From contig OZ037833.1 of assembly GCA_964035575.1 (NCBI GenBank), positions 682,001 to 746,000 on the forward strand: a stretch of 64,000 nt of DNA. The letters run 5' to 3'. Below the pieces are notes generated by a model. The model ran no database searches and was not told where the DNA came from. It saw nothing but the letters and a program-made list of their open reading frames with translations. Shown one piece after another: positions 22,320 through 35,096 of this stretch. Both the position numbers and the translations under genes were made by a program. The stretch comes from Rhynchopus sp. YZ270_cl-10. Taxonomy: Eukaryota. Numbering within the stretch: the stretch's first letter is position 1; each line of letters begins with the position of its first letter.

Positions 22320-25300
22320 TCACCAGCCTCCCTTCCCTCCACCACCACCTCCCTTTCCTCCTTTTCCTCCTTTGCCTGTAATGATTATTTATACATAGCG
22401 CTCCAATTAGAGTGTTAGGGTATAATTAGAGTCTGGGATTTTGGGTCAAGTCAGTTAGAGTCCAGTTAGAGTATAATTAGAGTCGCTTTTCTTCAATTAG
22501 ACTATAATTAGAGCGCAGTTAGAGCATAATTAGACTCTAACTACACTCTAATTATAGTCTAATTAGAGTAAAACAACAGGCTTCTTGTAGGTGCAAACGC
22601 CTTAAGGAACTGGTTCCCCTAAGGTTCCTCTGTAGGACCCAGGTGTCCAGGTGCCCACATAGCTGAGAATAAGACTTGGGGACCCGGGACCCGGTTATTC
22701 TCAGCCGGACTGGGACACAACTATGTGAAGGCGCTGTGGGTCCGCCTGAAAGCGGGTCGGGGACCCGGTCGCGGGAGGGTGGGGGCCTAGTCCAAGTCCT
22801 ACTGTACCTAGTACCCGGGACTCGGGACCCGGCTTATTCTCAGCTATGGGTACCCGGACCCGCAGTGGCACATGCCCTCAAGTGTGAGTGACCCACACAT
22901 GAGGGAATGCGACACCGCAAAAACTCTTCGTGCACCTTCGGGTGCAATGCCGCAGACAGGCCAAACAGCGTTGGACTCAGAGGAATTCCTGCTGTGCAGG
23001 TAACAAACATGAGAACCAACTCCCAGTAACAAGGGGCGCCTTTTGGCGGGCGTTATTGAGGATGTTTGGGGTGCAAAGTTTTCCACAATTTTGATGCGCG
23101 GGTACAGAAGTGTTGTCTTGTTCTTTCATCTCTAGGAATGTAAATGTCAATCGAGTTTAACTACCACTAAGGGGTCGAAGGGGATAATCCCAGTATCAAA
23201 GGTTGTGTCGACGGGAAATCTATGAGTATACGTTCATTTCATCCGCAGAAATAACTACTTATGAACCCAGGAGAGATCCAAGCCTCGCGCTAAACCACCA
23301 CCCGCGATTGACTTAGATGTTATAACAAAGAGAATTCATAACAAACAACACCCTACCCCATGCACACTAAAGTGCCATGCTTCAAGTGATCATGCCCTGG
23401 GCCAAAATTCCTGTGCTAAAAAGGCAACAAGACCAGTGTGAATTGTGCACTGGTTTTCTGGGGGAACAAACAATATTTTCTTGTATCTAGTCCTCTGCAA
23501 GCAGAAAACAGACGTTCTGGATTACAAAATCGAATTTCTTGCACTGGCTATGCTCCCTGGGTTTATGGCTATAGCATTGGTTGATGTGCCCCTCTTATTG
23601 ACCCTATTATAAGACTCTAATTAGAGTCTAATTAGAGTCCAGTTAGAGTATTAGAGTTCAGTTAGAGTTTTAAAGACTCTAATTATACTCTAACTGCCGA
23701 CTCTAATTATCTAGTTGGAGTCTAATTAGAGCGCTATGTATAATTATTGTTTTTTTATAGTAAACCCCCCCCCCGTATAATATTTACATACGCGTATTAT
23801 TTACACACGCATATTATTTACAAAAAGGCCACTTTCACGTGTATTATTAACACACGCGTATTATTTACATTATTTTTTTTTTTTTTTGGATTTTTTTTTT
23901 TGGGGGGGGGGTTAGGGGGCACAGCCCTTAAGGAAATCCTTAAGGACCCTCTGTAACGCTCGTGTTTTTTCAAGAATTTTTTGAAAAAAAGTCATAAAAC
24001 CCGCCAAGGTGGGTCTACATGGTCCCAAAGTGGCCTAAAATTCGTCGATTCTGCCTAATGAAACACCAAACAACCAAAACTGAGCGTTTATTTTCGAAAA
24101 AAAATCACTTTTTTTCGAAAAAACGGCTTCGAAAATAGTAAGATTTTAGTAAGATTTCCTCTAGGAATGTAACGCTTTCAAAAAAATGGATCCGGGAGCA
24201 CAGTTTTTCTTCTAAGGTGCCGAAAACCACCCCACGTCCCCTCCGGTGAGGTCCGGCAGTGGAAATAAGTGGGTTTCGAAGCTTTTGGGCGTCCCCCTCC
24301 TCCCCGTCACTAACAAGTGACTCTGCCTCCGAATCGTACTCCACGTAGTACTCCATGGTCGAAAGGGCAGGGTCCGGGATTGCGATTGATGACATTTTTT
24401 AAAATATAAAAAGCTTTCTGGTGGTGTGCGTTATGGAAAGTATGGGGATTGAATGTCAAGCATGTAGGTGAACGATGAAAAATTGTAAATTATTTTGTGT
24501 ACCCTTTGTTTGTAAAAATGTGTGTGAACGAGGCACATATAGGCTTTACATATACTTCCTTTGTTTTCTTATTGTCTGTAGTGGAGCGGAGTAACCCTCA
24601 GGAAACTACGATATACGCCTCTTATTAACACACGCCTATTATTTACAAAGACGCCTATTATTTACAACACGCGTATTATTTACATAAATTTATGTAAATA
24701 TTATACGGGGGGGGGGGGTTTACACATCTGCAAAAAAATATACACAAAATATCTACATACCACCACCACCACCACCACCGCCCCATCCAGAGGACTGCTG
24801 TGCCTTACCTCCACCACCCCAGCCTCCTCCTCCTCCTCCACCTCCACCCCCTCCCTGACTCGCAATACCACTTCCCGGTGCGCTAGGGCTGGCAGTGTTG
24901 CCTGCGGAAGAGCCCCACTTGCCTGTACCCCACGACTGTCCGTCTCCTCCTGAAAAGTTGCCACCACCACTACCACCACCACCACCCCAGCTACCACCAC
25001 CACCACCACCACCGCCACCAGACCTGTTGCCTTTGCCGCCGCCGCCACCGCCTCCACCTTTGTACCCCTTGCGCCCTTTCTGTGCGGCCTTCTCACGAAG
25101 CTGCTCGCGCCTGACACGCTGCTCGTCATAGTATTTGTCGAGGAACTCCTTTGCGTAGCGGTGCTGCGGGGTGGGTTCCTGCAGAGGGGGGGGGTGGTGG
25201 TTGGGGTTGGGTTTGGAGAACAGATGAGAAAATAGGTTTGTTTGATTATAGACTTCACTATAGCAGATTTGTTTCTTCACACGGATCCTTAAAAGAGAGC

Positions 25301-28300
25301 AAATAGTAGAACGCTTTGCATGGAGAACAGAGAAAAATGAAAAGATGACTTGAAATATAAAAGCCCAACTGATCTTGATTACTCGACTAGGAAAGGGGGA
25401 AGATTATTTTCGTTGAACGCAGCCAAAAACAGTGTGTGAGATCTGAATTTTGGCGCAAGTAATCTTTAAAGGGAGGGGCGAAAATAGTCGATTAGGCGAT
25501 TAAACGTTGGCTTTATTATTCGAGTTTCTAATAACACTACGTATGAGGGGGAGAAAAAACACATACACGGAACTCAGACTGTGGATCGAAGAATTGGGAT
25601 GTGATCTGCAAACTGCTTCTGAAATTGATGAATTTCTCTTTGAAGATGTTGAGGTTAGGCTCCACGACGTTGTTCTTGAGGAGCTCGCCACGCGCGATTT
25701 TGGCAACCTCACTTTCGATGTGCGCACGAATCTTTGGCCGCACAAGCTCCGGCTCCACCTGCATGAACGACATAATCAGACTGATCCCCAGCGACGTCGG
25801 GATCATGAACCGCCCCTCCCCTTCCTCAGGCTCCTTCACCTTTGAGAAGTCCATTGCACGCCCAAAGGCTCTGCCATATCCATAACCATCACCACAGACG
25901 ACAACATACTTACGGTCACATATGTTTTGCACGTGCTGGGGGATCGATGCGTCTGTACCGACACCGTTTTTGTCCATCTCAGCGATGAGGTTTGACTCTG
26001 TAAGGTACTGCGGCGGGCGGGAGTAGTCGTTCGTCACGTTGCAGGAGACGACGCGCACCTCGGCGCCCTGGTGGACACCGGGTAGTGCCTGCTCCATCCC
26101 GCGGTCCTGCGCAAGGAGAGGTGAGATGGCGCGCGACATCCACGGCATCGCCCAGAGAAACCCCCGCTCCGTCACGTTGAATCTCTTCGTGCTGAACACC
26201 TCCCCGCTCACATCAAACAGATACGTCAACGTCTGGTACTGTGCCGGCGCCATCAGCGACCCCAAAAAGCACTTAAACACCAACTCATAAAACCTCCACT
26301 CCAACCCCTGCAGATCATTGCGCGTAGCCAGCCTCGTTGGCGTGATCGGCGGGTGGTCCCCCATATCCTTCCCTTCTCTCGGAAGGGGAACATGCCCGTT
26401 GTGTTGCTTCAACAGAATCGTCACTGCCTGCCCCCATACTGGGTGCCGGGTGTGCTCCTGCAAAATCGGGTTAATCTGAAACGATGGGTCATACTTGGTC
26501 GACTCTGTTCTCGGGTACGACATAAAACCTGAGGTATACAACTTCTCTGCAATCTTCATCGCCTTATGTGGACTGATACCCAACCCTGAAGACGCTGCTT
26601 TCAAGACCTGCACGGTGTTCAAGGCAACGGGGGCACGGAGGTCACGGTTTTGCGTTTCAACCCCAATACAGCGAACGACCTGCGATCTGCGGGCTGTTGT
26701 GAGGGTTCGCTCTGCAAGGGCGCGGTCGTTGGTTTGGCCCTTCTTCCACGCTACGTCGAAGGTTTCGTTGGTGTGGGTGCGGAGCTGCATATTGAGAACG
26801 TAGAACTGCTCTGGTTTGAACCGCATGATCTCGAGGTGCCGCTGCACGCAGAACCAAAGGCAGGGGGACTGGCAGGGGCCGTAGCTGATGGTTTTGATTT
26901 CCGCGTCGCCGAAGCGGGCCTGCGATTTGGAGCGGAACGTCTTGGAGAGATAGCGCGTAAAGGCGACACCGATTTTGAGGTCCAATTCTTGGCGTGCGTC
27001 GACAGCCATGGAGAGATTGACGTTGGGACGGATGAGGTTGCGGAAGGAGTGCTCCAGCGCCTGCTGGGTGATGGAGGAGAAGTGCGCACGGTGGATGTTG
27101 TTGTCGTCCGGGAAGTACTCTCTGGTTGTCGAGATCACTTCGTAGCCGATGTTTTCACCCTCGCGGTCGCAGTCGAGCCACAGACAGAGGTGCTCGCAGC
27201 TCTCCGCCTCATTCCGCAGATGCTCCACAACGCGGCACTTCTCAGACGTCTCCTCCACCTGCTTCACAGTCTTCGCATCAAACAAATTCACTTCATCCGT
27301 CCGCTGCGACTGATCAAACGTCAACCCAAAGATGTGCCCCACAACGCTCGTCACCTTAAACGAACACTTCTGCCCCGTCGGCGGGTACACCCCAAAGAAC
27401 TCATGCACCATAAGCCCACGGCCAAGACCCTTTCGGGTGCGTTTGCGACCACCAGACAGTGCGTCTGCAATAGCCTGAGCAAGGGAGGGTTTCTCTGCAA
27501 CCATCAGCACTCCAGGGCAGTCGCCGCCGAATGCTGGTCTGTGTGGAGGAGGAGGTGGTGGTGGTTTTGTTTTGACAAAAAAAAAATGCCAGGTTTGGGG
27601 TAATCTTAGGGTGGTCAGTGTAACAATTTTAATAATATGCGCAGTCCAAAATACCTGTTGTGATCTGCCTCTGGGTAAAGCGACAGCAGCTCGTGGTACA
27701 GCTTTCTGTTGCCCATGAAGGCACGCTTGACGTGCTGGGGGATGTCCTTCGTCTTGACGTTGTTCGCGTGGTCGAAGACCTGCGAACGCATGTTGCCTTC
27801 GTCCAATGTTGCGAGAAACTCTGCCGACACAGATTCGTCTTGCACATAGGGACCACGCTCGAGCTCCTTCATGAGGGAGAACCCTTCACACACTTTGGAC
27901 AGCGAAAAGGCATCGAAGGCGCGAATCTTGCGTGATGCATGCCCAAAGTCCTGCTGCTCCTGCCCCGACAATGTCTGCTGCACAACCGACTGCGGCGTCG
28001 AATGCGGAAGAAACGGCCGATACGGTCGCACCGGCTGCACCAACGTCACCGTACGGCTCGGCGGCCCCGACGGCTGCTGCTTCCCCCCCTTTCCAAACCC
28101 CTCACCCTTAAACCCCTGGCTCTCACCCTTAAACCCTTGACCCTCCCCCTTCCCTTTCGAGCCCTTCCCCTTCCCGTCCTTGCCGCCTTCTTTGCCGCCG
28201 TCCTTCCCCCACCCAGACTTTCCTTGGGTGGCCGGAGGGTCGCTGCGCTGCGGAGGCTGGAAGGCGGGGAGCGGGGGTTGTTGTGCCTGGGGTTGGCGCT

Positions 28301-28628
28301 GTTGGTACGCTGGGGACTGCTGGGCGGCGGGCGGCTGGTGTTGGGGGGGTTGGGGGGTGGGAGGTTGGTGGAGGGGCTGATGATGCTGCTGCTGCTGCTG
28401 CTGCTGTGCGTGCTGTGGTATGGTCGCTGTCTGAGCAGGCACAGAGTACGCACTTTGCGGCAGATGTGCCGCTGGGGCTGCATTTCCACCCGCAGGTGCT
28501 CCCTGAGCGAAATGCGCCGACACAGGCAAACCAGGGTTCACACTCATCGCAAACCCACCCTGCGGTGCAAACCCCGCTACCTGCTGCGGCACGCCATGCA
28601 CCCCACCGGACACACCGTAGCCCTGCAT
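22320..28628 (-). CDS. TOP3B: DNA/RNA topoisomerase III-beta (type IA) with a Q/P-rich N-terminal extension and a G/K/W-rich tail. Exons 28628-27655, 27538-25567, 25178-24761, 22375-22320.
   Basis: Toprim motifs VLMVAEKPSLAQAIA, TSVVGH and LWLDCDREGENI; also SYGPCQSP, active-site GFMSYPRTES and HPPITPT. All three introns are GT-AG with matching phases. Confidence 0.85.
22394..23738. mobile_element. Non-autonomous TIR element flanked by TA, with TAATTAGAGTC subterminal repeats (inside the last TOP3B intron)
   Basis: TIR CATAGCGCTCYAATTAGA; TA on both sides; dense TAATTAGAG arrays at both ends. Confidence 0.85.
22658..22848. mobile_element. MITE with CATAGCTGAGAATAAG TIR, nested in 22394-23738
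   Basis: 16-bp TIR, GGGACCCGG internal repeats, imperfect 8-bp TSD GGTGCCCA/GGTACCCG; a relative lies at 36132-36244. Confidence 0.8.
23760..24723. mobile_element. Non-autonomous TIR element (GTAAAC(C)nGTATAATATTTACATA) in the last TOP3B intron
   Basis: ~30-bp inverted termini and ACGCGTATTATTTACA subterminal repeats; contains a short acidic ORF remnant at 24105-24395. Confidence 0.8.
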
Positions 28629-28820
28629 ACAATCGAGAGAAAGGGGACTCTCCGTGTAAAAAGAAAAAAAGGGTTGGAAAGAAGAACGCCGCTGTATGGG
28701 CAGGGGGTGTGCCTGGTGTGTGTGTGTGTGTGTTGTGGAACGAAAGGGCGAAGGGTGCTGTGAGCAAAGCTACGTTGGGCCGTTTCTTTTGTACGATTCG
28801 AAAAAAAAAAAAAAAAAAAC

Positions 28821-28880
28821 GAATTTTTGGAGTAGTGTAGCTGCCTCGACTGTTCCCACACGTCGTGCAAAAAATCTCCA
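28821..28880 (-). repeat. Dispersed motif A, copy 2 (diverged)
   Basis: TTGGAGTAGTGTAGCTGCCTCGACTGTTCCCACACGTCGTGCAAAAAATCTCCA. Confidence 0.7.
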
Positions 28881-29085
28881 TGGTAGTTATTTAACGTTGT
28901 TTGTTTTGAAAACTTGGTTTGTGTTAGTGTAGACTAAACCTAGACACCCGATGGATGAGCTCCACTAATTTTTTTTTGGTGCACAAAACTTTCCCGAAGA
29001 GTATCACCCAAGAAACTTGGCGTCGCCTTTGTTTGAACACCAAAACATGGGGTGATAAAATGACCCCTCTCCTCTCCCTCTTTCC

Positions 29086-29556
29086 TCACAAAAGCTGCTT
29101 GATTGCCTCTTCCTTTGCGAGATCCTTCGCCGTTTCCCCATATGAATTCCGCAACGTGGTGTCAGCACCATGCTTGAGGAGGAGCTGGACTGTAGAGACG
29201 TGGCCGTTCATGGCTGCGCCCATGATGGGGGTACGGTTACCAAGGCTGAGACAGTCGATGCATGCGCGGTGCTCGAGGAGGTACGTGATGACGGCATCGT
29301 GCGCATGCAGCGCTGCGCCACGTATCGCAGAATGTGTGGCTGCTGTGTGCGACACATCTGCCCCTGCCTCCACCAGACACACCAAGGCCTCCATGTGTCC
29401 ATGCATTGCCGCCAGCGTTGCTGCATCGAACCCAGCCTCGTTGGCGCAGTTAACCACAGCAGGGACGCCTTCGGGCGCAACCTCAGCAAGCACGCTGCGT
29501 ATCCCCACCACATCCCCTGCTTCAGCAGCACTCCGGAGGCGTTCCTCGAGGCTCAT
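29086..29556 (-). CDS. Small ankyrin-repeat protein (156 aa)
   Basis: About 4 ankyrin repeats (ATLAAMHGH...LVEAGADV, TPIMGAAMNGH...LLKHGAD, GETAKDLA). Confidence 0.9.
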   Translation of the reverse strand: MSLEERLRSAAEAGDVVGIRSVLAEVAPEGVPAVVNCANEAGFDAATLAAMHGHMEALVCLVEAGADVSHTAATHSAIRGAALHAHDAVITYLLEHRACIDCLSLGNRTPIMGAAMNGHVSTVQLLLKHGADTTLRNSYGETAKDLAKEEAIKQLL

Positions 29557-29770
29557 ATTGGGGGAGAGGGGGAGGGGGAGAGGTTTGAGGAATCTACAAA
29601 AATGTGTACAGCGAAACCAAAACTGAGAGGGGGTGTGTAGGAATAAAAAAGGGGAACTTCTGTAGTGGGGTAATGGGGAAGGGAGTGTTTGTAGATGTTT
29701 TTGTTTATGTTTTGTACTCTTTTGTTTCTGCTATTTTGTGTTTTTTTTTTTTTAGCTTTTTAGATCCTTA

Positions 29771-30213
29771 CTGGGGGGGGCCGAATAAACGAGGTAATTC
29801 GAATAAAGCACGTACGTCGAATAAAGCACGCATTTGAAAAATGGGTTTTTTGCTTTTTTTTGCGTCGAATAAAGCACGTACGTGTTTTATTCGACTTTTT
29901 GAACTTTTCCTGTGTTGTGACAAGGTAGTTCGTATTTTGTGAAAATTTAAGTCGCTGAAATTTTGTCCATTTTTCCGTATATCCCCCACCACAAGCCGGG
30001 ATTGGCTCGGAAATGCAACAAAACCACCTCTTGGGCGAAAAAAAAATCGAAAAAAAATTGTGACTGGAAAAACTTTCCAAAAAGTTCAAAAAGGCGAATA
30101 AAGCACGTACGTGCTTTATTCGCCTTTTCGAACTTTTTTTTTTTTAAACCTCAGGATCTGAAGTGTAGGGACGCCTAATAAAACACGTACGTGCTTTATT
30201 CGACCCCCCCCAG
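29771..30213. mobile_element. MITE with CTG(G)n termini and AATAAAGCACGTACG subterminal repeats
   Basis: TTA-CTGGGGGGGGCCGAATAAA ... TTTATTCGACCCCCCCCAG-TAA. Confidence 0.8.
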
Positions 30214-30838
30214 TAACCAAGCGATGTGCGAGCCTTAATCATTCATAAAGTTAATGGGTGGGAATAACGGGGTGGAATGGGGGGTAAGCAGCAGATTTAC
30301 ACTCATCTTTATTTTCAGAGATGAGAGCAAGAGAAAGGCTTGTACCATGAATGTGCTTCTCCGTACACACACAGCTTATCGGTGAAGAATTCGAGGGGGG
30401 TGATTGAAAATGTTTTTTTGTATGTTTTTGAAAGTGCTTTGTGCTCTGTTTAATTTTGCTTGATAGTTTTGTAGACGTGGGGGTTGGAGAGGAAGGGCGC
30501 GTGAGTTCGAGGGGTGATTGTGATGGGAGGTGAAAGGTGAGAGAGACAGAGAGCGGAGAAGAATAGAGGGAAAATCGTGGAGTTGGGGGGATGTATTTAT
30601 TTTTTTTTAGTTTGGATATTTTGAGTCTACTGAAAAGGAGATGAAATTGAATTGAAATTTGAAGGGGGGGGGGAAAGGCGCACAAAAAAAAAAGTTTATG
30701 AGATGAACCTAAGCATCTCTGTGTTTGACCACCTTGTAAAAAAAAGGGGGGTGAAAAGAGTGTGCTTTTCGTCCCCCTGGGGCGTTTCCTTTGGTTAGAG
30801 AGATAGAGAAATACCTTCTTTTTTTGCATTTTTTATTT

Positions 30839-30904
30839 GATAAATTGTTGGGGTAGTGTAGTTGCCTCAGGTTTGTGTTGCCACAGTTTGTGCAAATCTC
30901 CACT
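30839..30904 (-). repeat. Dispersed motif A, copy 3
   Basis: Near-identical to 21699-21761. Confidence 0.85.
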
Positions 30905-31528
30905 TGCTTTTATTTTTGCTGAGGGCGTCTCAGGGTCCATAGATACCCCTTCGGCAAGGTGTGTGTCTTCGAGACAAAAACTTTAGCAATTTTCCTCAGT
31001 TCCACAAAAGACCTCATGACCCCCCTGATCTCTCTTCTGCTTTTCTTTTGGCGGTACACCCCCACTCCATACCCCCCAGGCCGGTCTTCTTTGACCGGGA
31101 TTTTTTTTTTCCCTTAGCGGGGAGCAATCCGAATATGCACTCACCCCACCCCACCACCCCCAAAACACTGAACAAAATATATGGCCTGACAAGACCACAC
31201 AATTTATTTTTTTCTTTTTTTTTTTGTCACAGTACTCACGTTTTCCCAGGATAGATAACGACGTAATACAAAACAAATAAGGGGTTGCAAAAGTTTTCAC
31301 AAATTCACAATTCACACGACGAAAGTGGGCTAATGGGGAGGAAAGAAGAGAAATAAACATGTCTCTAGGTGCACATCAGAGGGGGAGGAAAAAACATCCC
31401 TTTTTTTTCTTTTTTTGGAAAAAGATGAAATCTTTTTTTTGAAGCTAGTTTCGTACCTTTCAAATAAAACAAACAAAAATAGAATATCACGTGGCGAGAC
31501 AGATGATCATTGAGCGAGAAGCAGTCTC

Positions 31529-32938
31529 TGGGGTGGCCCGGGGGCACGGCGCTTAGTTTTTACAAAAAAAAATTTAAAAAAATCACAAAAATCAAAAAAA
31601 AAATCACAAAAAATCACAAATTATCACAAAAATCAAAAAAAAAAATCACAAAAAATCACAAACAACTACTACAAAGTCACGGTACATTTGGTCGACTTCC
31701 TGCAATCTGAACAGGGTGGAGATCAATAATCACCACACACTCAGAAGCGAGTAAAGAGGCAGCGAAAAGCGTAGCCGGCCTCAGACAGTTGTTTATCTTG
31801 GCGATTGCCAAGGCACGGGAGCTGGCGGAGGCTCCCCAAGCACGAGGTACCGACTCCAACGGAGGAGGTAGAGGTGGTGTGCGCCGACACTGACGCGACC
31901 CCCGTTACCGAAGCGACTCCGGAAACCGACGCGCCCCCCGACTGCAATTGTTACATTGCGCTGTCTACAGCACATAGCCGCCACCCAGCTGCACACGCTT
32001 GTGTTCATTGGAAGGGTCGAGCCGCCTCTCAAGGCGCGTAAGACCAAGCCGCCGCCGCGCAACATCGGATTGGCCGCCCACATGACGCTGTCATCGCAAA
32101 TGATGGCATGTTCCTTCTCCAATGGATTTATTGGGTGTATGTTATACTGGGACAATGTGGTCAGATCGTCTTCAGACCTGGAAAAGTGCACGACATATAA
32201 AAGCTTCCGACTGCGGCGGGCGGCCCATTTTCACCCTTTTCTTGTTCCTCATCCTCTCTATGTTTTCACTTGCCCCTGATGCTGACAAAAATCACGGATT
32301 TGTCCATTTCGGCGTATTGACCCCACCACACAACTGTACTGTACTGTATTCCCAATCCCCTGTGTATACTGCGGAAATTGACCAAAAACGAGAACTTGTC
32401 CATTTCGGAAAATTGACCCCACCACTCGGACGGATTCCGGAAATGCAAATGCAAGTGTTTTCGGCGTGACTGTGTATACTCTATGTACTGTGCACTACCA
32501 CAGCACAGGACCTCATAAGATCTCAGTAAGCTCTCACAGACTCTCACAGGCTCTCGCAGCCTGTTACGTGTCTCACGGAGACGATCATAGATCACCCAAC
32601 AAAAAATCACAAAAACCAAAAAAAAAAATCACAAAAAATCACAAACAATCACACAAAATCACAAAAACCAAAAAAAAAAATCACAAACAATCACAAAAAA
32701 TCACAAAAACCAAAAAAAAAAAATTCACAAAAAATCACAAACAATCACAAAAAATCACAAAAACCGAAAAAAAAATCACAAATAATCACAAACAATCACA
32801 AAAAATCACAAAAACCAAAAAAAAAATCACAAATAATCACAAAAAATCACAAGATTCTTTTTCATAATGTTGTGACTTTTTGTGATTTTTTCCGAAAAAA
32901 CACAACGCGCCACTTCCCTGCGCGCCCGGGCCACCCCA
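31529..32938. mobile_element. TG...CA TIR element with 5-bp TSD and AAAATCACA subterminal arrays
   Basis: TIR TGGGGTGGCCCGGG...CCCGGGCCACCCCA; GTCTC duplicated at 31524-31528 and 32939-32943; tandem AAAAATCACA arrays at ~31560-31680 and ~32600-32850. Confidence 0.85.
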
Positions 32939-33447
32939 GTCTCCCCTGTTCAGTCCCCAACTCAACAGGGCTGAAGGTGCCAGCAGATATGCCCCCTAAG
33001 ACCACGGAGCACAAAAAAAAAAAGGAGCAAGTGTGTGTAGTGCGGTAATGGCCCTATAAATATAGTGGAGCACAGTCCTCGGGTGCGTTCGTGATACAAA
33101 ACCAAGGTTAAAACAGCGAGGGATAAAAAAGAAGTTGAAAAAAGGTGCGGAACGCATCGTGAATATAAAATGGTGGATTTTTTGATGAATGTGTGCAGAC
33201 CAAGGCGGATGCAGACACTATAAACATGGAAGAACAGTACCCGCATGCGTTGAAGACCTCCTAAAGGGGTACTAAATGTTTCAACTGTGCACAAAAAGAA
33301 AGTATTTCAACATGTGCAATCAATTAATTGATAGCATAGGAGGAGGTATACAAAATGTTCTCATCTTTCTTTTATAAAAAGAAATAAAACTTGATGAATG
33401 AGCCTCTCGTGCACAGACATTCAAGAAACTTTACTTTGAATTCAATA

Positions 33448-33535
33448 AAATACAAAAGCCCTCTCGTGAACAGTGTACCTTTGGTACAATGGCCGGGTGA
33501 ACCGTGGGTGGACACCCAACCATGCAGTCCTACAA
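33448..33535. repeat. Dispersed repeat family B, copy 2
   Basis: Matches 10491-10573. Confidence 0.75.
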
Positions 33536-35096
33536 TCCATTTCATTTACATCTGAGAAAAGAGAACTTAACCATGCAAGCGCCTCACCAGCTAAAAAAAA
33601 AATCCACAAAAAAAATAAATAACCTTGACTTGAAATGCCTGCTCGTGAACAGTGTACCTTGGTACATGACCGGGTGTAATAGAATAAAGAGAGATGGATG
33701 CTCAAAGTACTTGAAGTGCGAGTACCTTTTTCCTACTTTGAAGTACACGAGAAAAAATAATGCAAAATATTGCTTGAAGTACTTTGGGCATGGTGAGAGA
33801 GAAAAAGGAACGGAACGAAAACAAAGAAAGTGGGTATCGATACGTTATGTAGTTTCGATCCGCTGCAGGTTTTTTTCGCATTTTGTATATTTGTACATTC
33901 GTCAGGGGAAGGGGGAGAATATAAAAAAAAAAACTATTTATCCGAAGAAACCCCCCCTTTATCATGGTCACAACCAGACCCACCCTATTACAGGGAAGGC
34001 AAATTGGAGAGAGAAAGAAAAATCCAAAAAAAAATGTGACTTGAAATACGCCCTCTCGTTACAGTGTACCTATAAATAAAAAATAAGAGAAAAAAAAAAA
34101 GACCCTCATTCTGAAAAATGAAAATTTTGCAGATAATTTGAGGGTGGGGTGCAGAATAAAGAGGGGGAAACTTGACCAAAAAATAAAATAAAGTTTTGTA
34201 ATATGTGACAGCTGGAATGAACAGCTAAATCGATGCACTCTCGTGTCCCCCCAGTAAGAGGGGGTTTTTTTTGTGGTTTCCTTTTGTGTGTAAAGAAAAA
34301 CGACGTCCTCCCCCCCAAACCTCCGTCCCCTCCCTTTCTCTTTACGAGGAGTCCTCGGACAACTCTTCCGTAGATGAAAAATTGAAAACCGCGCTTGATG
34401 TGGCTGAAGGGGGGATGATTCACACTTGCTCTTGCGCACTTTTTTGCACACCCCCTCATTCAGCCACAATAGCACTCCTACTTTGTTTGCGTTTGCCCAC
34501 CCCCCCACTGAAACGCACACACCTCAACCTCTCGGTGAAAGGTGGTAGCTCTGCTCCACCCTGCCTCAAAATAGAAAAAAAGGGAGTTGGGGGCGTGTTC
34601 ATCGTCAATTTCCTTTTAGCATTGAATACAACCATAAAGATAAGATGAACTCTGAAGCATTGTGCTTTAAGCCACCTCAAAAGAAAGGAAAAAAGGAAAA
34701 AAGGAAATGATAAAAAAGAATATGTCAAACTAGAGTCTGTGTGTGTGTGGAGAAACCAAGCACCTCCTCCCCCAGGATGAAACAAAAAAAATGTGTCCCT
34801 CCTCATCGGAGGGAAGGAAGCAAAAGGACTGGTGGTCGCTTTTGCCTTCCAAAAAAGGTGTTCCCTCCCCGCTTCTGCTTCCCCTTCACCAATTGTAGAC
34901 ACATAGTGATGACTAAAAAAAAAATTGAAAGTACAGTTGAGAACATGCAGACATCGTGTTCTGGCACGTAAAGAAAGATTGAAAAGATGAGTGTGCCTCT
35001 TGTGCACAGGCACACACCTCTATAACAAAAAAAAAGTATTTCAACATATTCAATAAATTGAAAGCGTATGTTGAGGACCCAAGACTCTCATGCTTA

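Noticed and set aside
22394..23738. TAATTAGAGTC repeat clusters considered as a CRISPR-like array
   Set aside because: Irregular spacing, no unique spacers of constant length, no cas genes; they are subterminal repeats of a TIR element.
24105..24395. Short acidic ORF considered as a first exon of the NRPS-like gene
   Set aside because: It lies inside a TIR element within the last TOP3B intron, so it cannot be an NRPS exon; more likely a transposon remnant.
27615..28628. 337-aa ORF as an independent gene
   Set aside because: A GT-AG intron (27654-27539) joins it in frame to the TOP3B core, so it is treated as exon 1.
31560..32867. Lys/Thr/Asn-rich ORFs (KKITKNHK repeats)
   Set aside because: Translations of AAAATCACA subterminal arrays, not genes.
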